From: an uncultured Pseudomonadales bacterium
GTDB taxonomy: Bacteria; Patescibacteriota; Microgenomatia; UBA1400; PJMF01
DNA: 64,000 nt
Direction: 5' to 3'
NCBI GenBank assembly: GCA_964455555.1
Contig: CAYVXV010000004.1
Location: 7,771-71,770, forward strand
Shown: piece after piece, positions 36,861 through 45,179 of the stretch
How the letters are laid out: each line of letters starts with the position of its first letter
Numbering within the stretch: the first letter of the stretch is position 1
Notes under the pieces: model-generated
The model's input: the letters and a program-made list of their open reading frames with translations, nothing else
Told to the model about the DNA's origin: nothing
Database searches by the model: none
Made by a program: the position numbers and the translations under genes

Positions 36861-37064
36861 TTAAGCTTCTCCGAGCATTCTTTTAATCTTTTTTGCCCAC
36901 TTGCCCGTTACTTCAATTGGTTTGCGGTAGGCTCTGATGGCTTTTTTGCTTTTGTTGCGTCTGCGGTGGCGCATGTTTTGTGAGCGTCTTAAAACTTTGC
37001 CGGTACCGGTGATCTTAAACCGTTTGGCCACACCGGATCTGGTTTTTTGTTTCATTTTTTTCAT
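36861..37064 (-). CDS. rpmI: 50S ribosomal protein bL35
   Basis: MKKMKQKTRSGVAKRFKITGTGKVLRR. Confidence 0.85.
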   Translation of the reverse strand: MKKMKQKTRSGVAKRFKITGTGKVLRRSQNMRHRRRNKSKKAIRAYRKPIEVTGKWAKKIKRMLGEA

Positions 37065-37102
37065 AGAATTAATCCTTCAAGCTGTTTTTATGTTTGGCAA
37101 AA

Positions 37103-37642
37103 CTAAGACTTTTTGGCTGGCATGAGTTGGGCGATGAGTTTTTTGCCCATTATTTTCGGTGGCATTTCTACAGTTGAAATATCTGCAGTGCTTTCGAAAA
37201 CTTTTTCGAACATCTCGTAGCCGAACTCTTTTTTAGTGATTGCCCTGCCTTTAAAAAGCAGGCTAAGGCGTACTTTATCACCTTTTTCTAAAAATTGGCG
37301 GACCTTTTTAAGCCTGGATTGGAAGTCTGCTTCACCCATGAAAGGTGTGAACCTGACTTCTTTTATTTCCTGAGCCTTGGCTTTTTTGCGGCTGGCTGCT
37401 TCTTTTTGTTGAACCTGGTATTTGTATTTTGCAAGTTCAATGATTTTTGCAATCGGTGGGTTGGTAGTTGCAGTGACAAGAACCAGGTCCCTGTCTGTTT
37501 CTTTTGCCTGGGCAATCGCGTCCCTAGTGGACATGATGCCGACTTGTTCGCCTGTTTCGTCGATTACTCTTACCTCTGCTGCCCGAATGTACTGATTGTA
37601 GGCAACCCGTTTGCTTCTATTGTATTGATTTGGTCTAGCCAC
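37103..37642 (-). CDS. infC: Translation initiation factor IF-3
   Basis: IRAAEVRVIDETGEQVGIMSTRDAIAQAKETDRDLVLV; conserved infC-rpmI-rplT order. Confidence 0.85.
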   Translation of the reverse strand: MARPNQYNRSKRVAYNQYIRAAEVRVIDETGEQVGIMSTRDAIAQAKETDRDLVLVTATTNPPIAKIIELAKYKYQVQQKEAASRKKAKAQEIKEVRFTPFMGEADFQSRLKKVRQFLEKGDKVRLSLLFKGRAITKKEFGYEMFEKVFESTADISTVEMPPKIMGKKLIAQLMPAKKS

Positions 37643-37839
37643 TTTTTGTTACTATCCTTTCTCTGGTTTCTACGTGTAGACGGGTGGAATTATACCGTAC
37701 TTTGATTTTTTAACAAAGCAACAACCCCGTGTTTTTCAGAAAAAATATTATATCAAATTATTATGTTTCCAGCCAGGGAGAGATTGGGGGCGGTGGTTTG
37801 GCGCTCAAGCGGACTGATATGTCAAAAAACTATTGAAAA

Positions 37840-37848
37840 TGATATAAT
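37840..37848 (+). promoter_or_regulatory. Candidate extended -10 promoter (TGaTATAAT) upstream of the high-GC gene
   Basis: TGATATAAT at 37840-37848 in an AT-rich spacer; could instead serve the divergent infC operon. Confidence 0.25.
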
Positions 37849-37923
37849 AATAATAGTTGACAAGCTCTTTAAAAACCCGTGTGCCGGTCAAAAGCCGGCG
37901 CACCAAACAAATGGAGACTGGAA

Positions 37924-38685
37924 ATGCGTAAGAGCATCGTCCTTTTACTCGTAGCCCTGTTAATTCTGGGCAGCGCGGCCATTGTGGCCGCGAGCGGCGC
38001 TAGCACGCCTGTATCCGATGGGGGGGTCACCCCCTACATTATTGACGGAGCGAACCACGGTGGCAATCGCACCTGCGAGGAAGTAGGCATCGCCTTTTTT
38101 GGCGACGCGAGCTACTACGAATTCAGTAGCTACCGCGTCAATTACGACGAAGGTGTCTTTGACGCCAGCTTCCCCGCTGGCCTGACGGTGGACACCGACG
38201 GCACCTACGTGTCGTGGTCGTCAACGTTCGGCATCGGCGCTGCTATAGTCAAAGGCAGCAATGACGCCAATGTCTACGTGTACGAGCCCCAGTGGCTCGG
38301 AGACAGCGGCTTGGCTGCTCCGCCCAACGCGAGCGGCAATCCGGCAGGTCTCAGCAACTTAACCTTCTGCTGGAACCCGGAGCCGGATATGGGCCAGTGG
38401 TGCTCGCCAGGATACTGGCGCCAAGAGCATCATCTGGATTCCTGGGAGGCCACCGGTTTTAGCCCGGATGACCTCTTCAGCGACGCGGTAGGGTACGATG
38501 TTACCCTCTCCACCAAGGGCGTGAAGGACGGTGCCGAAACCGATCCGACGCTCTGGGAGGTTCTGCAGTCGCCGCAATGGTACGGCGGCGGCGACTTCAA
38601 CGCAGTGGGCGATCTCCTCAGCGCTGCGCACCCTGATGTAGATTTTCAGGGTGAACGCGTCGAGGACAGCTGCCCGCTCAACTAG
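37924..38685 (+). CDS. Secreted hypothetical protein encoded by a compositionally foreign (about 59% GC) gene
   Basis: Signal peptide MRKSIVLLLVALLILGSAAIVAASG; RBS GGAGA 7 nt upstream; GC-rich codons (GCC/GGC/GAC) against a 45-47% GC background. Confidence 0.6.
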   Translation: MRKSIVLLLVALLILGSAAIVAASGASTPVSDGGVTPYIIDGANHGGNRTCEEVGIAFFGDASYYEFSSYRVNYDEGVFDASFPAGLTVDTDGTYVSWSSTFGIGAAIVKGSNDANVYVYEPQWLGDSGLAAPPNASGNPAGLSNLTFCWNPEPDMGQWCSPGYWRQEHHLDSWEATGFSPDDLFSDAVGYDVTLSTKGVKDGAETDPTLWEVLQSPQWYGGGDFNAVGDLLSAAHPDVDFQGERVEDSCPLN

Positions 38686-38751
38686 TGCCAGAGCAGAGGC
38701 AGGCCAAGGCGGCCTAAGCCTCTGGTTTGACACAGCCCGCTTGTCAACTAA

Positions 38752-38784
38752 GGCCACACCCTAACAGGTGGGGCTTTTTCTTTG
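38752..38784 (+). terminator. Possible terminator after the high-GC gene
   Basis: CCACACC-ctaaca-GGTGGGG imperfect stem followed by CTTTTTCTTTG. Confidence 0.3.
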
Positions 38785-38830
38785 TCTGCCAACTGCTATA
38801 CTAACAATTCATAAAAATCCAGAAATAGCC

Positions 38831-39121
38831 ATGAAAACAGAATACATTCAACCCGGCATTGAAAAGGGATACGGTTATACTAGAAACGAAGAAACCGGGA
38901 TAATCCAGTTAACCAGCAAGACATTTCAGCAAATTTTTCAGTTATGCCAAGCTATGGAGGCTGGGACTTATCATATTCCTTTGGCAGAAAAAACAGTCGG
39001 GAGCGGCAGGATCAATGCAGTTACAGACCGCCTCAATGACATGGGCCTAGGCAAAAGCTTTTCTGTGATTGAAGCCTCGCACCGGCATGTGATCATAGCT
39101 TGCGTAATTGACAGCAAGTAG
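38831..39121 (+). CDS. Hypothetical small protein
   Basis: 96 aa from MKTEYIQPG; normal GC; no family recognised; the longer ORF start at 38768 overlaps the putative terminator. Confidence 0.35.
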   Translation: MKTEYIQPGIEKGYGYTRNEETGIIQLTSKTFQQIFQLCQAMEAGTYHIPLAEKTVGSGRINAVTDRLNDMGLGKSFSVIEASHRHVIIACVIDSK

Positions 39122-39171
39122 CCGTATATTCAAAATTTCAAATAAAAAATGCCCTTGCGGACATTTTTCTG

Positions 39172-39245
39172 TGAACTCGAGAGGACTCGAACCTCTGACC
39201 TCTTCGATGTCAACGAAGCGCTCTAACCAACTGAGCTACGAGTTC
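39172..39245 (-). tRNA. tRNA-Val (anticodon GAC)
   Basis: Cloverleaf read on the minus strand: acceptor GAACTCG/CGAGTTC, D-arm GCTC-AGTTGGTTA-GAGC, anticodon loop TTGACAT, T-arm AGAGG-TTCGAGT-CCTCT; CCA not encoded. Confidence 0.85.
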
Positions 39246-39326
39246 GTATCTTGAGGAATGCATTATAACAATTTATTGGAAAATTGGGTAGTTGTTGATT
39301 GGCGGGTTTTGAGGCTGCCAAACAGC

Positions 39327-39983
39327 TTAGCCGCCACTCCTGGCGTTGGAGACCTCGTGATGCATCATGTCGTAAACGGTTTTGGTTTTTTCATGGCCAC
39401 CTTTGCCTTCAAAATTAAGGCCGGCACTTTGTTTGCGTTTTTTGCCCTGCATTTGAGTAGCCCAAGTCCGGGCACTGTTGACTTGTTGGCGCAGCATCAA
39501 GATAAACGACCTCAGCTGCTGGAAGAAATTTATGTAGTAAGTGCCGTCTTGGCCAGGGTTTACCACTTCTCCCATCAGGGAAACTTCAATGCTTTTATTG
39601 AATTTAGCAATATCCCGAGCCAAGAGCTTTAAATCTTCCCGCAGTGAGGCAATCTCTTTTTCAACCTGTTTTTCGCGGGCGTCAAAAAGCTCCCTTGTGT
39701 CGACAGGGTTGACCTGGTCATGAAGTTTTTTTCTTAAGGCCTCTTGTTTCTGTTTTTTCTCAAGCTGTTCCTGTTGTTGTTTTTTCCAAAAGTCATCTTC
39801 GCCCATAGGAGAACCAAGATTGTTGCCGCTCCTTGCCAATGCTTCTGAAAAAGGGTCTAGAGGAAGTGATTTGTCACTATTATAGGCTGATTTTTCGGTT
39901 TCAGCCAGCGCACGAGCGAATGGATTGGTTGCCATCCCCTGTTTAGCTTTGCCTGGTGGGTTTTTTTGCCCGTTAGTGTTCAT
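39327..39983 (-). CDS. Hypothetical Gln/Lys-rich coiled-coil protein
   Basis: 218 aa; central EQLEKKQKQEALRKKLHDQ coiled coil; no family recognised. Confidence 0.35.
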   Translation of the reverse strand: MNTNGQKNPPGKAKQGMATNPFARALAETEKSAYNSDKSLPLDPFSEALARSGNNLGSPMGEDDFWKKQQQEQLEKKQKQEALRKKLHDQVNPVDTRELFDAREKQVEKEIASLREDLKLLARDIAKFNKSIEVSLMGEVVNPGQDGTYYINFFQQLRSFILMLRQQVNSARTWATQMQGKKRKQSAGLNFEGKGGHEKTKTVYDMMHHEVSNARSGG

Positions 39984-40088
39984 GATGCAGCCAGCAGCAA
40001 TAAAATTACTTAAATTTGGGTAATTATAGGATTACCTGAGGAAAAAGTCAATTATTTCTTAACAAATCGTGCTGCCAAAAACCCAAGA

Positions 40089-41108
40089 TTACAGCTTGAT
40101 AAGGAAGTCAACCACTTTTTGGCGTTTGAGGGTTTGGCGGACCAAAGCGCGGTATTGTTCACTTTTCATTTGCTCGCCTCTAATCTTTTCATCCTCGATT
40201 TTGTTAATTTGTTCATCGACGTCTTTTTCATCAACCTCTATACCCTCTTTCTGAGCAATGGCGTTAAGGATAAAAGTGAGCTGAAGCCTGCCGATAGCCT
40301 CTACAGCCAGTTGAGAAGAAAGCTGCTCAAAGGTCATACCCCGCTGCTGCAGGAAGGTTTCGATGGAAAAATTCATACTCTCAAGCCTGCGGGCTAACTG
40401 GTCCAGATCGTAGCGGACTTCCTCTTTGATTAAAAGTTCCGGAATGGCCGGGCCATGCTTCTCTATCAAGCCTTGGTAGATGTGATGAAGTTCATGATCT
40501 TTTGTCTGCTCTTCTGTGGGCTCAGCTGCCACTTGTGGGGCTGATTTATCTTCTTTGCCATCCTTGCTTCCTGAATCTTGCTTGGCCGCTTTTTTGGCTG
40601 CCTCACGGCGTTCTTTGGCCTGTTCTGCAAGATGAGCAGCCGCTTCTTTTTTAGCTGCTTTAATTACTGCGACGTAACCCTTGAGTTCAATCTGAGGAGA
40701 CTCGGCTATATGGGCTTCCAGCACCCAGTCGCCGCCTTTATCTAATTTGAGCGGCTTGAATTCTGGGTGGGCAAGCGGCTCCTTCTTTTCAGCTTTAATA
40801 GCCTCTGAATACTTATCGGGGACAAGCATCTGCAAAGCCTGGTCAATGATTTCAGCAGCACCGATTTTTTCTTCTGCGAGCTTGGTTGGAGCTTGGCCTT
40901 TGCGGAAACCGGCTACTACAACTTTATTTTTCAGCTTGTTAAGGACTTTGTCGTAAGCCTTAGCTGCTTCATCGGCTGGAATGGTGATGGTTAAAATTGT
41001 GTTGGGAGCGATCGGGATTTGCTTTTCCTGCGCACTGTCTTTTTTAGGTTTGGTTTTTTTGGTTTGGGTCATAACTGGTGCATTATATACTCCAGGCAAA
41101 AATTTCAC
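40089..41108 (-). CDS. tig: Trigger factor (short form lacking the PPIase domain)
   Basis: Ribosome-binding signature VAGFRKGQAP (GFRxGxxP) in the N-domain; TF C-domain-like helical region; real start probably MTQTKK (41072). Confidence 0.65.
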   Translation of the reverse strand: MKFLPGVYNAPVMTQTKKTKPKKDSAQEKQIPIAPNTILTITIPADEAAKAYDKVLNKLKNKVVVAGFRKGQAPTKLAEEKIGAAEIIDQALQMLVPDKYSEAIKAEKKEPLAHPEFKPLKLDKGGDWVLEAHIAESPQIELKGYVAVIKAAKKEAAAHLAEQAKERREAAKKAAKQDSGSKDGKEDKSAPQVAAEPTEEQTKDHELHHIYQGLIEKHGPAIPELLIKEEVRYDLDQLARRLESMNFSIETFLQQRGMTFEQLSSQLAVEAIGRLQLTFILNAIAQKEGIEVDEKDVDEQINKIEDEKIRGEQMKSEQYRALVRQTLKRQKVVDFLIKL

Positions 41109-41169
41109 AAACTCGGCTCCACTAGTATGCTACAATGGCGCTTGTTCTCATATAAATCAAAAGGAAAAC

Positions 41170-41988
41170 ATGACGGATACAGTGCTTCTCCATCATCTTG
41201 ATGATTACAAAGCCGGCGGTTTGGAATTTGCCGAAATTGCCACCAGAATTTACAACCACTTAGATCACCCCGCACAAGTTAAACTGCATGAAACATCCGT
41301 GCCTCCCCTGGACACTATGGCACTGGGTTTTGTGACCGGCCAGTTGGCTTTAGCCCCTTTTGAGGGAAAGATGTTTATCTACGGCAATTGTGCCCCCAGG
41401 AGAACAAGCGAAAAAGCCAGAAAAAACAACCGGGATCATGGCATCAAGTATGCCAAACTTAAAAACGGAGTTGAAATAATCAATGTCTGGTCTGAGTATG
41501 CCTTCGGTTTTGTAAAAGACCAGGTTGTTAAATACTATGACATTAATTGTCCAGCCGAAGGTTCCCAGTTCCGTTCCAGAGACTTTTTTCCTCAAGCAGT
41601 TGCAGAAATTATCAATGGCGATTATAGCCGGCTGGGCAAAAAATTGGACCCCGAGGACATTCCGGATATTCCCAACGATGAGGTTTCCTGGACCGACGGT
41701 TTTGGCAATATCAAAACCACTATGAGGATGTCAGATCTTGAAGCCCGGGGATTTAAGACTGGCCAGCAAGTGCAGGTAATCCTGAATGACGTCAGTATGC
41801 TCGGGGTGGTAACGGTCGGCGGTTTTCAAGTCGACCGCGGCGTATTGGCTGTGAACGCCGGCTCATCTGGTTATGACGATCCGTATATAGAGTTGTTTCT
41901 AAGAGTGCATAAAATGTCAGAAAAGCCGGCGGCGGAGCGGTTCGGCCATCCGGTCGGCGGCACAAAATTTGAAATTAAGCCGCTTTAA
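41170..41988 (+). CDS. SAM hydroxide adenosyltransferase-like (DUF62 / fluorinase-chlorinase superfamily) protein
   Basis: FRSRDFFPQAVAEI resembles the FHGRDIFAPVAAHL family motif; about 270 aa two-domain size; start taken at the ATG with RBS AAAAGGAAAA, not the longer ORF that overlaps tig. Confidence 0.4.
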   Translation: MTDTVLLHHLDDYKAGGLEFAEIATRIYNHLDHPAQVKLHETSVPPLDTMALGFVTGQLALAPFEGKMFIYGNCAPRRTSEKARKNNRDHGIKYAKLKNGVEIINVWSEYAFGFVKDQVVKYYDINCPAEGSQFRSRDFFPQAVAEIINGDYSRLGKKLDPEDIPDIPNDEVSWTDGFGNIKTTMRMSDLEARGFKTGQQVQVILNDVSMLGVVTVGGFQVDRGVLAVNAGSSGYDDPYIELFLRVHKMSEKPAAERFGHPVGGTKFEIKPL

Positions 41989-42059
41989 CCAAAGCTTTTG
42001 CTTAAGTACAGCTCTCCCTATAATTATTGGCGTGATACGCTATAATTTGACTCACATTT

Positions 42060-42133
42060 GGCGCAGTACCAGAGTGGTCTAATGGCTAGGTCTGCAAAAC
42101 CTCAGTTCACGGGTTCGAATCCCGTCTGCGCCT
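42060..42133 (+). tRNA. tRNA-Cys (anticodon GCA)
   Basis: Acceptor GGCGCAG/CTGCGCC, anticodon loop CTGCAAA, T-arm ACGGG-TTCGAAT-CCCGT, discriminator U73 as in bacterial tRNA-Cys. Confidence 0.8.
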
Positions 42134-42212
42134 CCCTAGTTAAAGTATCTTTTATCAGGTTGCCGAACAATAAGTGTGTTTTAAATCACAAAAATTGCGA
42201 TATACTAAGTTT

Positions 42213-42908
42213 ATGGCAACTTATTTGCAGAAGCACCTGGTCCCAGTCTTTTCAAAGAATCGGAAGCTGATTATTCAGATCTTTCAATTAGCAGAGCTCT
42301 CAACAATTTTTATCTGGGGTTTTGGCGGCTATCTACTAGCGCGCGATTTTCCTGAAAATTACCCAATTGTGCATAGGGTGGGAACTTGGTTTGGCCGAGG
42401 AGCGTTGATTCTGTATGTACTAACCTTGCTGCCGGGTATTATCCGCAGGGTTCAATTTTTGGTTGATGTCACTATTCCAATTGCAAGGATTTTAACAATG
42501 TTCCGCCGCCATTTAGGCATCCTGATGTTTTTACTAGTGTTTGTTCACATGGGTTTTGTGTACCTGATGCCGCTCGGGTTTACCAATCAATTATCGCTTG
42601 GAAATTTGCCGCTGGAAGTAGGGCATATTTTTGGCATCACTGCATTTATCATGCTCTTCCCGCTTTGGATTACTTCCAACGATATTTCTTTGAGGATCTT
42701 GGGACCAGTCCGCAATACTATTCACAGGTTGACCTACGTAATCCTATTCATCATCTTTCTCCACGTGTCCTTTTTTAACAAAAGTTGGGCTGTGGTATTA
42801 GGAATTCTTAGTATTGCCTTGTTGTTTTCTTGGGCTCGCCATCTGTGGCTACAGCGTTTTGGGAGTGAACAGCCGGAAAAAGCTGTTGTTGAAGATAGGC
42901 GCTCCTAA
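42213..42908 (+). CDS. Polytopic membrane protein with paired His in TM helices (ferric-reductase / MsrQ-like heme-binding TM domain?)
   Basis: Six TM helices; His pairs in helices (HLGILMFLLVFVHMGF, HRLTYVILFIIFLHVSF). Confidence 0.35.
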   Translation: MATYLQKHLVPVFSKNRKLIIQIFQLAELSTIFIWGFGGYLLARDFPENYPIVHRVGTWFGRGALILYVLTLLPGIIRRVQFLVDVTIPIARILTMFRRHLGILMFLLVFVHMGFVYLMPLGFTNQLSLGNLPLEVGHIFGITAFIMLFPLWITSNDISLRILGPVRNTIHRLTYVILFIIFLHVSFFNKSWAVVLGILSIALLFSWARHLWLQRFGSEQPEKAVVEDRRS

Positions 42909-42942
42909 TCAGAAGCACGGTCTTTTGTTACAATACAACCTC

Positions 42943-44109
42943 ATGCCGAAACAAGCTGCGAAGACCTACTATATTCACACTTTTGGCTGCCAATCCAACA
43001 AGAGCGACTCCGAGCGCATTTCCGGGGATTATGAAGCCCGTGGTTATCAGGAGGCGGAAGATTGGCGGGTTTGTGATGAGCTGGTGATTAACACCTGCGC
43101 CGTCCGCCAGCGGGCTGAAGACCGGGCAAAAGGTTTTCTTTACAACGTGGTGGTTCACTTTAACGGACTTGGCCAAAAAAGGCCAAAAATCATTTTAACC
43201 GGTTGCATGACGCATCATGGCAACGAAAAACTTTATGAAATGTTGCCCGAAGTAGATGAGATACTTCCAATCAATGAGGTTGGTTTTAACAATGCGGCGG
43301 TGCGAAAAGATAAAAAACACGCTTGGATTCCGATTTCTACCGGCTGCAATTCCTTTTGTACTTATTGTATTGTCCCCTACTCCCGCGGCCGCGAGCAATC
43401 CAGGCCGATGGCAGAGATTATGGATGAGGTGCAGCGCTTGGTGGACAGCGGCTATGAGGAAGTAACCTTACTAGGTATGAACGTAAATTCCTGGGGCTTG
43501 GAAAAGATTGGCATCGGTTTCCGCAAACTAATGATGGAAAATAAAAAGTTTACCCGCGAAGACTTGCCGGAAAATCAATCTCAATATCTTCAGCCTAAAA
43601 CCACTCCTCCGTTCGTAAAACTGCTCAGGGCAATATCTGAGTTCCCGGAAATAAAAACCATCCGTTTTTTGACAAGTAACCCCTGGGATTTTCATGACGA
43701 ACTCATTGAAGAAGTGGGCAAAAACAAAAAAATTGACCGCTACATTCATTTGCCGGTCCAGTCAGGCAGCAACTCGGTTCTTTACCGGATGAACCGCGGC
43801 TACACCCGCGAGCGCTATCTGGAGGTGGTGGCTAAGCTTCGTCAGGCAGATCCTGACATAATTATCGGCACTGATATTATTGTTGGTTTCCCTGACGAAA
43901 CCGAGGTTGAGTTTGAAGAGACGGTATCCCTGGCCAAAGAAGTTGGCTGGAAGGTAGGTTTTGTAGCTATCTACTCTCCCCGGCCCGGCACTGCTAGCTG
44001 GAGGATCTACGAGGACAATATTCCCCATGCAGAAAAAAAACGCCGCTGGGAGGTGTTGGATCAAATCATTAATAAAGACAATTTAACTATCCGTCCGGTT
44101 GTTGTTTAA
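42943..44109 (+). CDS. miaB: tRNA-i6A37 methylthiotransferase MiaB (radical SAM MTTase)
   Basis: N-terminal MTTase Cys (TFGCQSNKSDSE); radical SAM CNSFCTYCIVP; C-terminal TRAM domain; adjacent miaA. Confidence 0.8.
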   Translation: MPKQAAKTYYIHTFGCQSNKSDSERISGDYEARGYQEAEDWRVCDELVINTCAVRQRAEDRAKGFLYNVVVHFNGLGQKRPKIILTGCMTHHGNEKLYEMLPEVDEILPINEVGFNNAAVRKDKKHAWIPISTGCNSFCTYCIVPYSRGREQSRPMAEIMDEVQRLVDSGYEEVTLLGMNVNSWGLEKIGIGFRKLMMENKKFTREDLPENQSQYLQPKTTPPFVKLLRAISEFPEIKTIRFLTSNPWDFHDELIEEVGKNKKIDRYIHLPVQSGSNSVLYRMNRGYTRERYLEVVAKLRQADPDIIIGTDIIVGFPDETEVEFEETVSLAKEVGWKVGFVAIYSPRPGTASWRIYEDNIPHAEKKRRWEVLDQIINKDNLTIRPVVV

Positions 44110-44116
44110 GGCATTT

Positions 44117-45103
44117 ATGAAAAAGATTGTCATATCTGTTGTTGGGCCAACAGCCTCGGGTAAGACCAGTTTTGCCCTAAGCCTAGCCGAGGCGGCCATC
44201 GCCGGTGGTTACCGGGGATTGGCACTTATTTCTGCTGACTCCAGGCAGGTTTATATAGGTTTAGAGGTTTTGTCGGGTGCAGATGTTCCACCTGAATTCG
44301 CGCCTGCTGTTAGCACTGACTTTTCATACCCATTTTTTGAACACGGAGCGATTTCTTTGCACGGAATATCAGTTGTGACGTCGGAACAAGAGTGGTCGTT
44401 GGCTCACTTTAAAAAACTGGCGCTGCCGGTAATTCAGGATGCCTGGTCAAATGAGGTATTGCCTGTTTTGGTCGGAGGCACTGGCCTCTATCACCGACAT
44501 TTGTTTTCCTCTGATCCTGAACTCGCTGTGCCGCCCGATGAAGGATTCCGGACTGCGGCGGAGTCAATGACCGCCGAAGAGCTGCAACAAGTGCTTAGCG
44601 AGGAAGACAGCGAGCGGCTTAAAAAAATGAATCATTCTGACCTTAATAATCCCAGGCGGCTTATTAGGGCAATTGAGATTAGCCGGGCACTTGCTATCAG
44701 ATCTCAAGAAGAATCGGGCTCGAATTTTCAAGTCCCCACTCCACAGCAGCATCATTTTGTTGGCCTCCGCTTAGATTTAGACATAATAAAAGAAAAAATC
44801 ACCCGGCGTGTGCTCGACCGCCTGGATGCCGGCGTAGTTTCTGAGGTTGAGCAGGTGTTCAACTGTGCAGAAGGCCAAAAACAACCGTCATTCTCTGCTT
44901 TGGGATTCAAAGAAGTTTTAGCACTTTCTCAAGGACAAATAACCAAGGATGAGTGTTTGGAGCACTGGAGCCGCCGGGAATTTTCCTATGCCAAGCGGCA
45001 GTTTACCTGGTGGAAAAAGGACGATCAGATTAAATGGTTTGATGTTAAGGATGAAGGCTGGAGGCCGTTGGCACTTACTTATGTGAAAAGCTTATTGAAA
45101 TAA
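44117..45103 (+). CDS. miaA: tRNA dimethylallyltransferase MiaA
   Basis: P-loop VVGPTASGKTSFAL; about 330 aa; IPT family. Confidence 0.85.
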   Translation: MKKIVISVVGPTASGKTSFALSLAEAAIAGGYRGLALISADSRQVYIGLEVLSGADVPPEFAPAVSTDFSYPFFEHGAISLHGISVVTSEQEWSLAHFKKLALPVIQDAWSNEVLPVLVGGTGLYHRHLFSSDPELAVPPDEGFRTAAESMTAEELQQVLSEEDSERLKKMNHSDLNNPRRLIRAIEISRALAIRSQEESGSNFQVPTPQQHHFVGLRLDLDIIKEKITRRVLDRLDAGVVSEVEQVFNCAEGQKQPSFSALGFKEVLALSQGQITKDECLEHWSRREFSYAKRQFTWWKKDDQIKWFDVKDEGWRPLALTYVKSLLK

Positions 45104-45179
45104 GCTATACTTAATGCAGGCTTCTTCAGTTATCATTAATAGCAACTAGTAAAGCCAAACTTAAGCCTGCCCAAGCCAT

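Noticed and set aside
38359-38757. 132-aa minus-strand ORF
   Set aside because: Antisense to the high-GC secreted-protein gene. Long stop-free antisense frames are expected at about 60% GC. It has no RBS and an Arg/Ala-rich junk composition.
39122-39171. Possible terminator between the 96-aa gene and tRNA-Val
   Set aside because: An A-run/T-run flanks a weak, imperfect stem (ATGCCCTTGCGGACAT), with fewer than 4 contiguous base pairs.
40981-41169. Long N-terminal extension of ORF 40981..41988
   Set aside because: The first about 60 codons overlap trigger factor on the opposite strand. An ATG with a good RBS at 41170 gives a 272-aa protein.
42058-42270. 70-aa ORF
   Set aside because: It starts inside tRNA-Cys and covers the tRNA gene.
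42814-42942. Upstream extension of the miaB ORF
   Set aside because: It overlaps the preceding membrane-protein gene by about 95 nt. The conserved MTTase N-terminus begins at the Met at 42943.
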